Under the pieces are notes generated by a model that searched no databases, had not been told where the DNA came from, and saw nothing but the letters and a program-made list of their open reading frames with translations. Shown one piece after another: positions 12,266 through 24,950 of a stretch of DNA of 64,000 bases (within the stretch, counting starts at the first letter, position 1; every line of letters begins with the position of its first letter). The position numbers and the translations under genes were made by a program. Origin of the DNA: Squalus acanthias (taxonomy: Eukaryota); the NCBI GenBank assembly GCA_030390025.1, contig CM059432.1, forward strand, positions 16,804,001 to 16,868,000. Reading direction: 5' to 3'.

Positions 12266-14319
12266 TAACAGGAACAGAAAATGATGTATTATGCAGGAAT
12301 GGCAAAGTGCAGATATTGCTAAAGAAGCATGGAAATTTTTTTGCAACATGGGTGGAGAAGGCAAACATTTTGAGCAAGGGAACGACTACAGAGCATTGAA
12401 ACGACAGAGTCTATGATGAAGAGCAGCATATTCGAGAGAGAAAAATACCTGAACATCCAAGGAAAGAGGGATCAGAAGCAATAGAAGGAACTCAAATTCC
12501 GTACCAACAAATATGATGATGAAAACTGCACTGGAGTAAAATGTACAATGTAGTATTGCCAGAAGGCACTGAATGGAATAATGCCGAAACTTTTTTTCAA
12601 ACTATGTAGATCCCAGAAATATTCCAATGGAAGCAGCCAACCATCATGCTGAAAATCAACAAAGTAGAGTTCCAACACTTATGAGGCAGGGCAGATAGGT
12701 CACAACGCATTATTTTTATTCCTCAATATACCTGCACCATTTTGGAGTTCATGTATTGAGAGAGAAAAATGGCAAAATCCACCTGTTAAGATTTTTTTCA
12801 GCAATTTTCCCCATGTATCAAAAAGCTGATCCAAGATGCTTGTCTGCAATTATCCTGTAGAGTTAATATAAATAGCCCCAAACAGATCTTGTTTCTGTGA
12901 ACTCCAGGAGCAAATTTCAACAACAGCAATTGTAAATTGAATGGTCTGAATACAAAACCATTTTATACATAATTACTAGCTTTTAAGTGTACTATAGCTT
13001 TCCTCTGTGGGGAATTTTTCTTTCTGCTTGAGTCATAATGCAAGTGAAAAGACTTCAAGTAGTGGGATTGGTCAAGCACACCCCTTTGACAGCCTCTGCC
13101 TATTATAGTAGATTAGTGTTAAGTGGCTTATTGGTCTTGTGCATATCACCATACACTCAATACCTTTATTTCGCACTCTGATGACGTATTAGTTGACCCT
13201 ATCTTGACATTAACGGCTTGTTTTCGCTCTCCGCCCCTTCCCCCACATGTCCAAGCAGTTCTGCAATGTGTGAGGGAACCCCATGCTGTGGAAACCACCC
13301 CATTACATTGTTGATGAATTCCACAACGTTACCAGCAATAGGAAAAAGATTGCATCATTGAAATCTTCTGGCTGTGGGCCTTCCACAAGTTGAGCTTTCA
13401 GCATGGTCAGCCAGAAAAATAGCAGCCAGCACAGTTAGTGGCATGACTGCCTCCAGAGGAATCTTGAAAATAATTTCCTAAATTGGCTACTGCCTCCACT
13501 GCCAGCAGTAGTCTGATCTCATTTCTACTCCAGCACTGCTGCCAAAATCAAAGCTGCAAATAGGTAGCAGAACTGAAGCATCAGCTTTCAACTAAATAAT
13601 ATACTTGCCATTGTATTTTCTACTAATCAACCACAAATTATCACTCAATTTACACTAATGTCACAATCATTAATCCTTCCTTGAGGGGCTCATTCTTCAT
13701 CAACGATGTGGAGCACATTGGCTCTTGTGTGTTTTTGAATCCATTGCAAGGAAGTAGGAGAAAAAATAGATGGTAAAACAGAATAAAATGGTCCCACCTG
13801 TCCACAACTTATTTTATGAAAACAAAAATCACATAAGGGAGCAATTTCAAGCAATAATCTTATTTCGAACTCTATGACCGTTACTACATTTGTTTATAAG
13901 CTTCACTGTCATGCTTTACGTCATCCGAGCCCCTTGATAAGATTACAGTATAATCTCATAACCATCATTCTCCATATAAATGTGAATCTGTTGCTGTTAC
14001 GTACTGAATTCTTTCCAATTGTTTGTAAATCAGAACTAATCCTGTAACACTTTATACATGTACATATATACTTCCAAAAAAATTCATAGGTTGCAATCTT
14101 TGAAATTAATGACAAGCTTTCACCAAGTCTTAGAACTCAAATATGCAAAAGAACAGTGCACACAAACCACTTGGTGTAAGCTATCTCGTCATGCCCGTTT
14201 AAAGAGGAAGAACAACTGGAGAGAAAAAAAACTTTAGAAAAGTGTATATGGCAAACATTTTCTAAATTTTGGGAAAGAGTATGCTTAATTATTGCAGAAG
14301 TTTCCAAGAATTTTGCATT

Positions 14320-14620
14320 CATGGGTTTAGTCAATGTTATGTAGGAAAATGCAGTAGCCAATTCGCACACAGCAAGACCTCACAAACAGCAAGAAGATAT
14401 AATCTGGTATAGTGGTGTTGATTGAGGGATAAATGTTGGCTAGGACACAGGGAGAACTCCCCTGATCATCTTTGAATAGTGCAATGGAATCTTTTATATC
14501 CATCTGAACTGGCAGATGGGGCCTCGATTTAACATCTCATCTAATAGACAGCATCTCTGACAATGCAGCACTCGCTCAGTACTGCACTGAAATGTTGACC
14601 TAGATTCTGACTCAGAGGCA
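14320..14620 (-). mobile_element. DeuSINE copy (degenerate)
   Basis: Collinear with 10690-10975. Confidence 0.75.
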
Positions 14621-15104
14621 AATCAATGAATAAAAACATAAGCACAGATAGGATTTATTTACCAGAGCCATTTGTCAAAGCTGCTGTTTGGACACCCCTG
14701 TCCTAAAGTAACTTATTAAACCAGGAGATTCATGTAATGCAGTGGTATGATAGTGTGGAACTAATTAAATTAAAAGCAATTCTTCCCTCCTCCACTCCTT
14801 AAGACACCAACTTTTGCAGGGCTACATTTCCACAGCCATTGGCAGCCTTACAGTGCATAACTTGTGGCCACTCATCATGTTGGACACTGGATCACAGAAG
14901 TTGCCAGACTATTGAATTTTGGAGGTGGGTAATGTCAAGAAAAACCCTGACCCTATCTAATGTCTTTGACATCCACCTGAACGAACAGGTGGGGCCTCCA
15001 TTTAACGTCCATAAGACAGCAACTCTGACAATGCAACACTCCTTCAGTACGGTACTAAAAATGTTGCTTTGATTCGGACGGAGGTTAAGAGTCAAGGTGG
15101 CACT

Positions 15105-15490
15105 ACACAGCAATAAACTTGGCTTATATTCCTTGAGTTTAGAAGATTGAGGAGTGATATAAAACGGAGATATTTAAAATGATAAAATGATTCAATAGGG
15201 TAGATATAGAAAAACTTTCATATTTTGGTGGAATCTGGAACAAGAGTTCTTAAAATTAGAGCTAGGCCTTTCAGAAGTTAAATCAGGAGGTTAATGAAAA
15301 TCTGGAACTTATTCCCCCAATATGGATGTATCAATTGAAGTTTTCAAGGCTGAGATCGAGAGAAGTTTGTTGGGTACGGGTATCAAGGGATATGGAACAA
15401 AGGCTTGTAAAAGAAGTTGAGGTACAGATCAGCCATGATCAAACTGTATAGCAGAACAGGCCTGAGGGCCTACTCCTGTTCCTATGCCTA
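15105..15490 (+). mobile_element. CR1 3-prime end fragment
   Basis: GLYSLEFRRL-like remnant and 3-prime UTR CAGATCAGCCATGATC...CCTACTCCTGTTCCTATG. Confidence 0.75.
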
Positions 15491-16554
15491 TAAAAATGAA
15501 CTTTTCAACTGAGGTCAGTGGATAGTAATCAGAAGCAGGCGCCCGAGCTGATTTTTCCATTCCTAACCCAGGGAGCTAAAGCCAGTTGCAGTACGCAGTG
15601 CCCACCCCCCAACTATCAGCCAGCACAGACTAAGGTTTGATCCTGGGTTTTCACAGCATATGGGGTTTAGTGCCGTACCAAAGAATGTATTTACCCACTG
15701 AGCCAGCAGCAGAGCACAAAGCAATTTTACGTTGTAAGTTTATGTGGAGAAAAACTCAAAGTTGAATATAAGGTTTTGGGAAAATCACTGGCCAAGTTAA
15801 ACATAATTCCTTAATTTCACTAATTAAACCAAGAAAGTATCAGCTATATGGCATTTTTCTATCTTAGATCTTTTCCCAGTTTTGTGAACTGACCGTTTGC
15901 TCTCAATTGTGGGTTACAATAACAAAATAAATGATTATGGCGAGAAATGCTCACACCTAGGGCTAATTAAAATCCTGCTGCAGTGGGTCTAGGATGATTT
16001 CAAAAACTTCAGCCTGCCGAGATAATGACAAGGGAGCAGCTGACACTGATTATAGAGAATAATGGCTTGCTTGGGTTGTTACCATCTATGCGTGCACTGC
16101 TCTAAGGTAGACAGGTGCCAGAGAGAGGCAGTAATCTTTACTTCCATCAAATTTCTCATGGACTGAAGTGATTTTGCGACTGGACATGTATTCTTTTCAG
16201 ACACCTACTCATTTTTATAGCCTTTCTTGTGCAAATAAAACATTTTAAAAAAATCTTTACATTCATATTCATTCTTACCATGTGATTGAAATATTTGAAA
16301 GTGCGCCACATAATGAATTACTTTTTGGAAGTGCATACTGTCTTATTTCAGCAAATGTGACATTGCACAAACAATAAATACTTTTTCAAGACTTCATTTT
16401 TGGTCACAGCCAAAACCCATGATTCATCAGACGACTTGGTGCAACAGCATTACAGATGTATGCAGTTGGTCTAATACAACAAAGGGACTTGAAATGAAAC
16501 TTGGGAGGGGAATTGTGTACTTGCTAAATTGCTAGAAATCTGTCTTCTTGTAAA

Positions 16555-16660
16555 GAAAGACAGACAGACTTAGATTTATATAGCGCCTTTCACGACCACC
16601 GGACGTCTCAAAGCGCTTTACAGTCAATGAAGTACTTTTGGAGTGTAGTCACTGTTGTAA
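16555..16660 (-). mobile_element. DeuSINE tail fragment
   Basis: Near-identical to 10600-10700. Confidence 0.75.
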
Positions 16661-18313
16661 GGTCTTGTGTCCCCTGAGCATGCTACTAAAAGGCAATAAT
16701 GTAGACATATAAAAAGTGACTGTAAGCTATGTTCAAACAGCAGCTCAAGTATTTGGAAGCTCGACTCTACTCGTTCACAAAGTTAAGTTTCAAGCTGTCT
16801 ATCATTAAAATTCACTTTTCTCTATAAGCGATACATTTGTTCTCTTCCGGTTTCTTTACATGCAGCACAACAACAAAGTTGTTTGCACATGGCGGGGGAG
16901 GGAGGTTGGATAATTCAACACACATTATTCGAATCATACCTTGTGCCTGCCTACACAAATCAGTAGACAGTAATCATTCAGAATTTGATGACCCAGTTTA
17001 TCCCCATCTTTCAGTTAGAACAACCACCAAGGTAGCATGCAACCATTCCACCCCCGCCCCCCCACCACCACCACAACAGTAAAGCAGCTTTCCATTTATT
17101 TGCTCATTTTGGCAAGAAACTGATTAGTAACTCAGAAGAAGTACTCAAATATTTGTTGCAGTTCTAACAGGCAGCTTGTTTCATTCTCTCCATCAGCTAT
17201 AGATATTTATGGCTGTGTCTATATTAAGAGATTGTGAATAGCTGCAACATTCTGAAGGTATTGTCGGTGATGCTGTGAGGGTCATGTTATGTGACCCATT
17301 AAGTACAGTGGAGCTGAACTAACATTGCTTGACAGTCTAACTGCACGGAGCCTGAACTTCCCCTTCCCTGCAGTGCTAAATGGTTGTTTGCAAGGTTACC
17401 TGCATGAAGTTTAATTTAAGCATTACTGTCCAGTCCTGCCCCAATATCCACAAACTCAAGACAAAAAATTGCACTAAATGTATATATTAAGCATTATTTC
17501 AAATATGTCCCAGCTTCAACAGAGCCTCATTTCCACTTCATGAACTCTCGTTTCCCCCTCAGCCTCTTGTTCACAACCCCACACCTCCCCCGTTGACCAG
17601 CAATTCCAGAATGAGCCCCTCTCCCACTGAGTAGCACTTCCAGTTGGGAGACCCCCCGTCTCCTCCGCATATGGTCCACAATTCTGCACAGCCCATCCCA
17701 CCCTCCCCCACCACCTCATTTTATTCAGAAATCTGGAGATCTCTTCCTCCCGCACTCTTACTCCTTTCTCTTCCCCGCCACCCAATTATCCGCTCTAAAA
17801 CCGCTTCAACTGAAAACCTCACTTTGTATTGACTCCCTGTGTGTAATGCCATGGAAAATCAACTCGTTCTTGTTTTTAAAAAGAGGGTAAATATTTTGTG
17901 TTCAGAAAGCTCAAGGGTGCTTTGAGGTGGGTCTCATGCTTCAGGAAACGGTGCGACTACCTTTTTTATGGTGGTCACTGTGCAGTATCAATGCAGCAAA
18001 TGTGGCCATCAAGCATTCCCAGCTAATTATAGCACAGCTAGGTACAAAGCAAAGTCCCCCCACAATCTGGCTCAAATAACATGCCTTAGGTGTAACCCTG
18101 GAGGAGGGCCTCTCCTACTACACCAGGATAGACTGTTCTACTTCTCACACTAACCATCCTTCTACACAAGAAATAGGAGCAGGAGTAGGCCTGCTTCTGA
18201 ATATTCGAACTGAGGCTGCAGACTACTGCTGAATTATAGTTTTGTGCTGTGGGCCTGTGCCCACGAGGAACTGGAGTTGGAATCTACACTCACTTCAAAT
18301 GGAACCTTTATAG

Positions 18314-19006
18314 TCTGCATATAGTGAGCAGAGATGGATTTGAGCACAAGCCCCAGCACCAAAATAGTAGTGTGCTAATCCACAGCAAGATTCAAGCACA
18401 CTGTGCTAGTCTTCAGCTTTTCCTCACAATCTAATTGTGATCTGTGATTGCTACAAGATCACAAGATAGGGGCTTTAATGAATACAGGCCTTCAACCTAT
18501 TTAATCTCATTCGTCCAGAACACCAACCCTATTTTCTTCCCATTACAGCAGTCATCTGTTTCTAAAATAGCCACCAGCCACATGTGGTTAATTGGGAATC
18601 CAGATGTGGTTAATTGCATTTCTGATTAGTAAATAAAAGTGAGTAATAAGACACCTTCGTTGAGCATGTGATTTCAATTCTCTCATTCGCACGGCATATC
18701 CATGTGTTCTTCAACCTTTTTGTGTGTGTTTGTTGGTAGAATGGTAAGGCGAAAAGTAGATTGTGCAAGTGTTTTTTGATTGTTGGGAGTGCTTTACTTT
18801 CTTGGTTACTGAATGCTGGTAGATGTTTGTTAAGTAAATATACACGTGTGTACATTTACCTGTATTGTATGTGTATCTGCATATAGTGGTCAGAGATGGA
18901 TTTGAGCACAGGCCCCAGCACTAAAATAATAGAGTGTTAACCCACAGCAACATTCAGGCCCACTGCACTATTCTAATCTAATTGTGATCGGTGATTGCTA
19001 CAAGAT
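18314..19006. repeat. Dispersed direct repeat of about 135-145 bp (18314-18460 and 18876-19006)
   Basis: TCTGCATATAGTG..CAGAGATGGATTTGAGCACA.GCCCCAGCAC...TCTAATTGTGATC.GTGATTGCTACAAGATC occurs twice, about 560 bp apart. Confidence 0.75.
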
Positions 19007-19182
19007 CTCTCCGCCTCTCTACCTCCTTAAAACCTACCTCTTTGACCAAGCTTTTGGTCATCAGCCCTAATTTCTCCTTATGTGGCTCGGTGTCAAATTT
19101 TTTTTGTCATATAACACTCCTGTCAAGCATCTCGGGACGTTTTACTACGTTAAAGGCACTATATAAATACAAATTGTTGTTG
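19007..19182 (+). mobile_element. L2 LINE 3-prime tail
   Basis: CCTTAAAACCTACCTCTTTGACCAAGCT...GGGACGTTTTACTACGTTAAAGG...(TTG)n, matching 31235-31390. Confidence 0.8.
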
Positions 19183-21048
19183 TATTTATGTAAGGGGTTT
19201 TCTACTAAAATTAGTGCATGTGGCTAAAACGGTGTTGCTGTAGCCACATCTGTGGCTAGTCAGCAATTTCGATTGGACAACGCTGTCTTAAATGCGTCGC
19301 GTCCTGACCATCCTCTCTGGCAACCTATTGCAAAGAAATACTTAATGGTATCTGTCCTAATTTTTTTCTTTACAAAATTTAAATCTGTGCCCTCACAGGT
19401 TTTGTTGCCTCACCATATCTGAAAGTATTGTTTTGGTTTTACTTTAACGTGCTTTATGTAGTTCTATAAATGGCAGAAGAGTCCTAGATCATCAAGTTAT
19501 TCCTCACAGCTCTTCCTTCTATCACTAAGGATCAGTCTCGTTGCTCTTCTCTGTACTGCCTCCTGGGTTTCTTATGACGCGTCAACAGAAATGTATGACG
19601 TATTTCAGGTACCATCTGACCAAGGCACCGTGTAGCTGGCGCGTGGCCTCTGGATTTGAGCTCAACTGATTTGACAATAAAACACATCATATTAGCATTG
19701 TTTATTGCCGTCTCACACGGTTTAAACATGGTTGGTTACAATGTAAGGCACAAGTAAGGAGTGTGATGGAATACTCTCCACTTGCCTGGATGAGTGCAGC
19801 TCCAACAACACTCAAGAAGCTCGACACCATCCAGGACAAAGCAACTAACTAATCTATTGTATACTCGATCGGGATGAACCTGCACAATACAGTATGGCTC
19901 AGCTCACCAGTACACAACTTTCTGTACGTCTAAATAAAACAAAATGAACTGAAGAGTCCATTCAATGATGCCGCGCATCCAGCAGGGATCTATGCATGAA
20001 GGAAGCGCTGCACCAATTCTCCAACCTGCCCGGTTTTGAGCATAGCTTAATGCTGGGTGCAAAGATTGCTGAATTTACCCTCAGGAATGTATTATTGGTA
20101 TCCTGACAGAGATTCTACCAATCAAAAATTAACCCAATGTTCAAACAACGGTAATTTTTTAATATTTTAAAATCATCCATGCAAAAAATGGATCCATCTT
20201 GATAAAAGTAATGGCTTGGTTAGTTGGTGAAAATGCAATATGGGCCATGACACACCCCACAATCAGATATTCATACAGTCTCAACATTAAGCTAAAATTG
20301 GCAAGACTGTCAAAATTACGTAGAGCTACAAAGAAATTGCAAAACAGAAACAGGTTGTTCAGAAAACCTGTGTTGTTTATCCTTCACATGAGCAGTCGGC
20401 CTAATCCCATGTGCCAAAAATGTAGCTGCAGTTTCTTACTAAAGCAGTAATTGCATCACCATTTGAAAGCACCTAACTCTGCTTAATCTATTTACGGCAT
20501 CTGAATGAGAACCAAAACAGGACGTGCAAGGTTATGCTATAGTTGTGCCCAAAAAAAGTAAGGTCCATTTTGAAGTTCTTGTATCTTCTGACTGCAAACC
20601 GCCCCCCCCCCCCCACACCCCACTTATTTATATAGGTAAGGAAATGGTTGCCATCTCACCAGTCTGTTTGTCTCCTACTTATCTTGACCATGACCCAGGG
20701 ACTGGCAGACCAAAACTTTGGGAGCCAGATCAACAGCTGAATTCAGACTATTTAGTTGTCCAAAATAATTACACATTCAGTAAATTAGCAGGTAAATCCA
20801 ACATAACTTTAATAAACAAAATGTCAGCTACAACAATCTCTGTATGAGGTTTGAAAGGGAAAAAATTAAACCAAAAGATAAGCTTTTCAAAGGTTAACCC
20901 AACTCTACACAAGCAGATGAGAATTACTTGACTAAACGGCATACATTTGTAATCACCGTCAACAAAAGTCTGAGAACCAATGTATGCAGAATCCATGATG
21001 TACACCAATATTTTTTTAAATTCTAGTCATAGCTGAAAGGAAACTTTA

Positions 21049-21472
21049 CATAAGAATTAGGAGCAGGAGTAGGCCATATGGCCCCTCGAGCCTGCTCCGC
21101 CATTCAATAAGGTCATGGCTGACCTTCGACCTCAACTCCACTTTCCTGCCCAATCCCCATATCCCTCGATTCCCCTAGAGTCCAAAATTCTATCTATCTC
21201 AGCCTTGGATATACTCAACGACTCAGCATCCACAGCCCCTTGTGGTAGAGAATTCCAAAGATTCACAACCCTCTTAGTGAAGAAATTCCACTCATCTCAG
21301 TCTTAAATGGCCGGCGCATTAAGACTATGCCCCCTAGTTCTAGACTCTCCAGCCAGGGGAAACAACCTCTCAGCATCTACCCTGTAAATCCCCCTCAGAA
21401 TCTTATATGTTTCAATGAGATCACCTCTCATTCTTCTAAATTCCAGAGAGTATAGGCCTAATCTACTCAATC
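21049..21472 (-). mobile_element. CR1 3-prime fragment
   Basis: RLSRLGLYSLEFRRMRGDLIETYKIL ORF and CATAAGAATTAGGAGCAGG tail. Confidence 0.9.
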
Positions 21473-21834
21473 TGTTGATCAATCTCAACCTGTGAACCAT
21501 GCACACTTGGTAAGCACAGATTCAGATTGTATTTTTTTTTAAATAATCAATTTAAAATCGAATAAATCTAGAAGCAAGACAATCCATGAAGGTGCATTTA
21601 CAGATGAATGGACTGCCAGCCGATTACCAGATAGTAGCTAATCGAGGGAATCACAAAACATCATAAACTATAACTTCCTTTATAAGTGAGGAGATAGTCA
21701 CTTCCATATAATGCCACAGTACATACAGTAGATGGTGCCTTTTCGTACCGAGCCATCAACAAACAAGTGAGTTCTCCCGGTGTTCTACCCAACATTTATC
21801 CCTCAAGTAACATAACTAAAAACAGATTATCTTC

Positions 21835-22960
21835 ACAGAAGTATGAAGTGATTTATTTTGGTAGGAAGAATGAGGAGAGGCAATATAAACTAAATGGTAC
21901 AATTTTAAAAGGGGGTGCAGGAACAGAGAGACCTGGGGGTGTACGTACACAAGTCTTTGAAGGTGGCAGGACACGTTCAGAAGGCTGTTAAAAAGGCATA
22001 CGGGATCCTTGACTTTATAAATAGAGTACAAAAACAAGGAAGTTATGCGCAACCTCAGCTGGCATTTTGTGGCCTATTCTCGGCACCACACTTTAGGAAG
22101 GATGTCAAGGCCTTACAGAGAGTGTAGAGGAGATTTACTAGAATAGTATCAGGGATGAAAGACTTCAGTTACGTGGAGAGAGTAGAGAAACCGGGTTTGT
22201 TCTCCTTAGAGCAGAGACGGTTAAGGGGAGATTTGATAGAGGTGCTCAAAATCATGTAGGGTTTTGATATGGAGTAAATAAGGAGACACCCTCAAAGCCT
22301 CCTTGAAAAAGTGCAACATCCCCACTGACACCTGGGAATCCCTGGCCCAAGACCGCACAAAGTGGAGGAGAAGCATCCGGGAAGGCGCCGAACACCTCCA
22401 GTCTCTTCGCCAGGAGCAAGCGGAAGCCAAGCGCAAGCAGCGCACGTCAACCCAAACACCCCACCCCCCCACCCCTTCAACCACTGTCTGCCCCACCTGT
22501 GACAGAGACTGTAGGTCCGGCATTGGACTCATCAGTCACCTGAGAACTCATTTTTAATGTGGAAGCAAGTCATCCTCAGTTCCGAGGGACTGCCTAAGAA
22601 GAAGAAATAAGGAGAAACTGTTTCCAGTGGCAGAAGGGTCACTAACCAGACGTACCTGGATGTACCAGAGGACACTGATGTAAGGTAATTGGCAAAAGAA
22701 CCAGAGGCGACAGGAGGTAAAAATAATTTATGCAGCGAGTTATGATGATCTGGAATGCACTGCTTGAAAGGGTGGTGGAAGCAGATTCAATAATAAGTTT
22801 CAAAAGGGAATTGGATAAATACTTGAAGTGGAAAAAAATTGCAGGTCTATGGAGAAAGAGCTGGGAGTGGGACTAATTGGGTAGCTCTTTCAAAGAGCCA
22901 GCACAAGCACAATGGGGCGAATGGCCTTCTTCTGTGCTGCATCATTAGATGAGTCTATGA
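21835..22960 (+). mobile_element. CR1 3-prime part interrupted by an RTE fragment
   Basis: QEQRDLGVYVHKSLKVAGHV ORF remnant; the CR1 sequence resumes after 22615. Confidence 0.85.
22287..22604 (+). mobile_element. RTE-clade LINE 3-prime end
   Basis: DTLKASLKKCNIPTDTWESLAQDRTKWR followed by a C2H2-like CPTC...GLISHLRTH end. (AAG)n tail and 11-bp TSD AAATAAGGAGA (22276-22286, 22605-22615). Confidence 0.9.
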
Positions 22961-22974
22961 TCCAGTCATTCAAT

Positions 22975-23135
22975 TCATTGCTATTTGTGGGACCGACTGC
23001 AAATCGACTGCTGTGCTTCCCTACATGACAACAGTGACTACACTTCAAAAGTACTTAATTGGTTGTAAAGCGCTTTGGGATGCCCTGAGGGTGAGAGAGG
23101 TGCTTCATAAATGTGAGCTCTTTCTTCTTTCTTTC
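22975..23135 (+). mobile_element. DeuSINE tail fragment
   Basis: ACAGTGACTACACTTCAAAAGTAC...AAAGCGCTTTGGGA...TC-rich end. Confidence 0.7.
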
Positions 23136-24419
23136 TATACGCAACAGGAAGGTCTGAGGTTTGATCGCCAGTCTTAGCTGGGTTAGCTGACTTCAGTCAG
23201 GGCAGAGGTGGTGTTATTGCAATTGGTTTCACTCGCCCCAGGTGAGCGAACTGGAACAAAACCGGAAACCTTCCAACTTATCCATCGATCAATGCTAGAA
23301 AATGCACAGGTGAAGTTGGATTAAGGACCAATTCTCACTCTCAAAGGGTTATACAGTTGGCAAAGTTACTTCAGTAAGGTACTAAAAGCTTTCAGGATGG
23401 TTGAGGGAGAAAAGAAAGGAAAATTCAAAAACAAATCTCCACTGAACTTGTGGGCACGCATTTATTTTGTTGTCACTTTTTATGCTGACAGCAAGTATCT
23501 CGTCGAACAGTGACAATCAGTGCAGTCTGTGGAGTTAATGTGTAATGACATCTTCAATTAAAGGCTAATGATCATGATGTTGCCACTCCAAGTTTATCAT
23601 ACTGTAATCTGCAATTGAATACCAGAAAATTGATGTATATTATCAAGCTACCTACCTTCAGAACCATATTGTATACTCACTAGTCCATTGCTCTATTTTT
23701 ATTAATCATGCACAAGTGGTCAGTTTTCCCTATATTTTGCTAAAGAAAACTGTGTCCATGAAAATAAATTTTAGCTTCAGTGCAACACTTTCCAGTAAAA
23801 GCTTGTTTCAACGATGAGTAAAATCTTGAGTAGATGGAAAATACCCAAGTTGGCATGAATTCAGATTTAAATCACAGGTACAGTGATTTAGACAGCCAAC
23901 AATTTATCTATTAATGATATTTAGACATTAAATGTCATGCTGAAAAATGTTGACGGTACCATATCTTTAAACTGTAGATAACAGAACGAGCTAGTCCAAA
24001 TATGAAGCAAAAACAGTGGCAAATGCCTGCACTTTGGACTTTGGTGCATTAATTGTTAACAAAATGAGGAGCACGGTCAGGTTATAGCAGGTAAATACAA
24101 TCTAACATAGAGGCAAGGTACGACTACAATGCACAAATTAGTTTTTTACGGAAGTGCTTTTTAAAATTTTTGTTCCAGGCAAATGAATTGTCAATTATCT
24201 GATAAAATAATTTAAAAGCACAAACAAGGTCAAACTATGCATAACAAACTAGGACACAGTTGTCAAATAACAAAAGATTTTTCCCCAAAGGCAATTAAAA
24301 AGAATAAATCCTTAAAACAAAAGAAAATGTGTACAAAATATTTTCAACAGTTGTTACACGACTGCCAATTTCTTCTTTCTGTTCATTAAATAGGTAGGAA
24401 TTTCTTTATCTGTCAATAC

Positions 24420-24465
24420 CTCTGGCCCAGCAGACTGGGAATGGACTGCAGCCGCTCCTCTCCAT
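24420..24465 (-). CDS. PTK2: Alternative 5-prime coding exon of focal adhesion kinase (N-terminal extension MERSGCSPFPVCWAR-E)
   Basis: Minus strand reads ATG GAG AGG AGC GGC TGC AGT CCA TTC CCA GTC TGC TGG GCC AGA G|gtattg. The peptide matches the human long FAK isoform segment I recall as MEKSGCSPFPVCWAKE-YDRYLASSKI-MAAAYLDP. The phase-1 donor fits a split Glu codon. The frame is open upstream (TLLPRQQGLFQEAGVVC) to a TAG at 24528-24526. The identification is from memory, not a search. Confidence 0.8.
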
Positions 24466-24950
24466 GCAGACGACACCTGCTTCTTGGAACAGGCCTTGCT
24501 GCCTTGGCAGCAGCGTACACGCTAGCTAGGCCACTGCATACAATGTCTCAATTCAACACTGCCAGTATAGGCTCCAGCAGGGGGCTGGGAAGACACTTCA
24601 ATTTGTTCAGTCCAACACAAAAACCCTGCTTCCTTTCATATGCGCCTTCACGTTAATTCTCCTATTACAGGCTCCACAGTGGTGCAGAACAGCATACAAT
24701 TTCTTCAGCAAAGAACTGCACCAAACCTCCTTCAAGTTTCAGATTCTCCTCATGTTTCTCGAGCCATCCTTTCCAGTGCAAACTGCTAAAAGGCACCACT
24801 GTAGCCTGCAGCCAGCTCCATTTGGAGTTGATTAGCAAGCACCTTATTAATATGCTAATCTCACCCGCAGACTCCTGTTTACAAAACTGACAAGAGAATT
24901 CAACCGATGCCTCACTGCAAATCAAATCTGACCCAGGTCATGACTGTATG
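24466..24950 (-). promoter_or_regulatory. Probable 5-prime UTR/proximal promoter of the alternative PTK2 exon
   Basis: Unique sequence directly upstream of the exon, inside a stretch (about 23340-25625) where I recognised no repeats. FOX-type TGTTTAC at 24876-24882 and nuclear-receptor half-sites TGACCCAGGTCATGAC at 24929-24944. Confidence 0.35.

Noticed and set aside
13176..13230. CTGATGA motif (hammerhead core or snoRNA box C)
   Set aside because: No stem II/GAAA and no box D with a terminal stem follows.
19232..19266. Small hairpin TTGCTG-TAGCCACA-tc-TGTGGCTA-gt-CAGCAA
   Set aside because: Too short, with a 2-nt loop, to support a miRNA or structured RNA call.
21480..21535. Minus-strand NLCLP peptide resembling the human FAK isoform start MISADCNLCLPE
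   Set aside because: No start codon or correctly placed donor. I recall that human exon being Alu-derived, so it would not be expected in a shark. Likely chance.
24665..24925. 86-aa minus-strand ORF upstream of the PTK2 exon, and the plus-strand ORF at 24441-24656
   Set aside because: No recognisable homology, and the minus-strand ORF has a non-ATG start. More likely UTR/promoter or antisense shadow.
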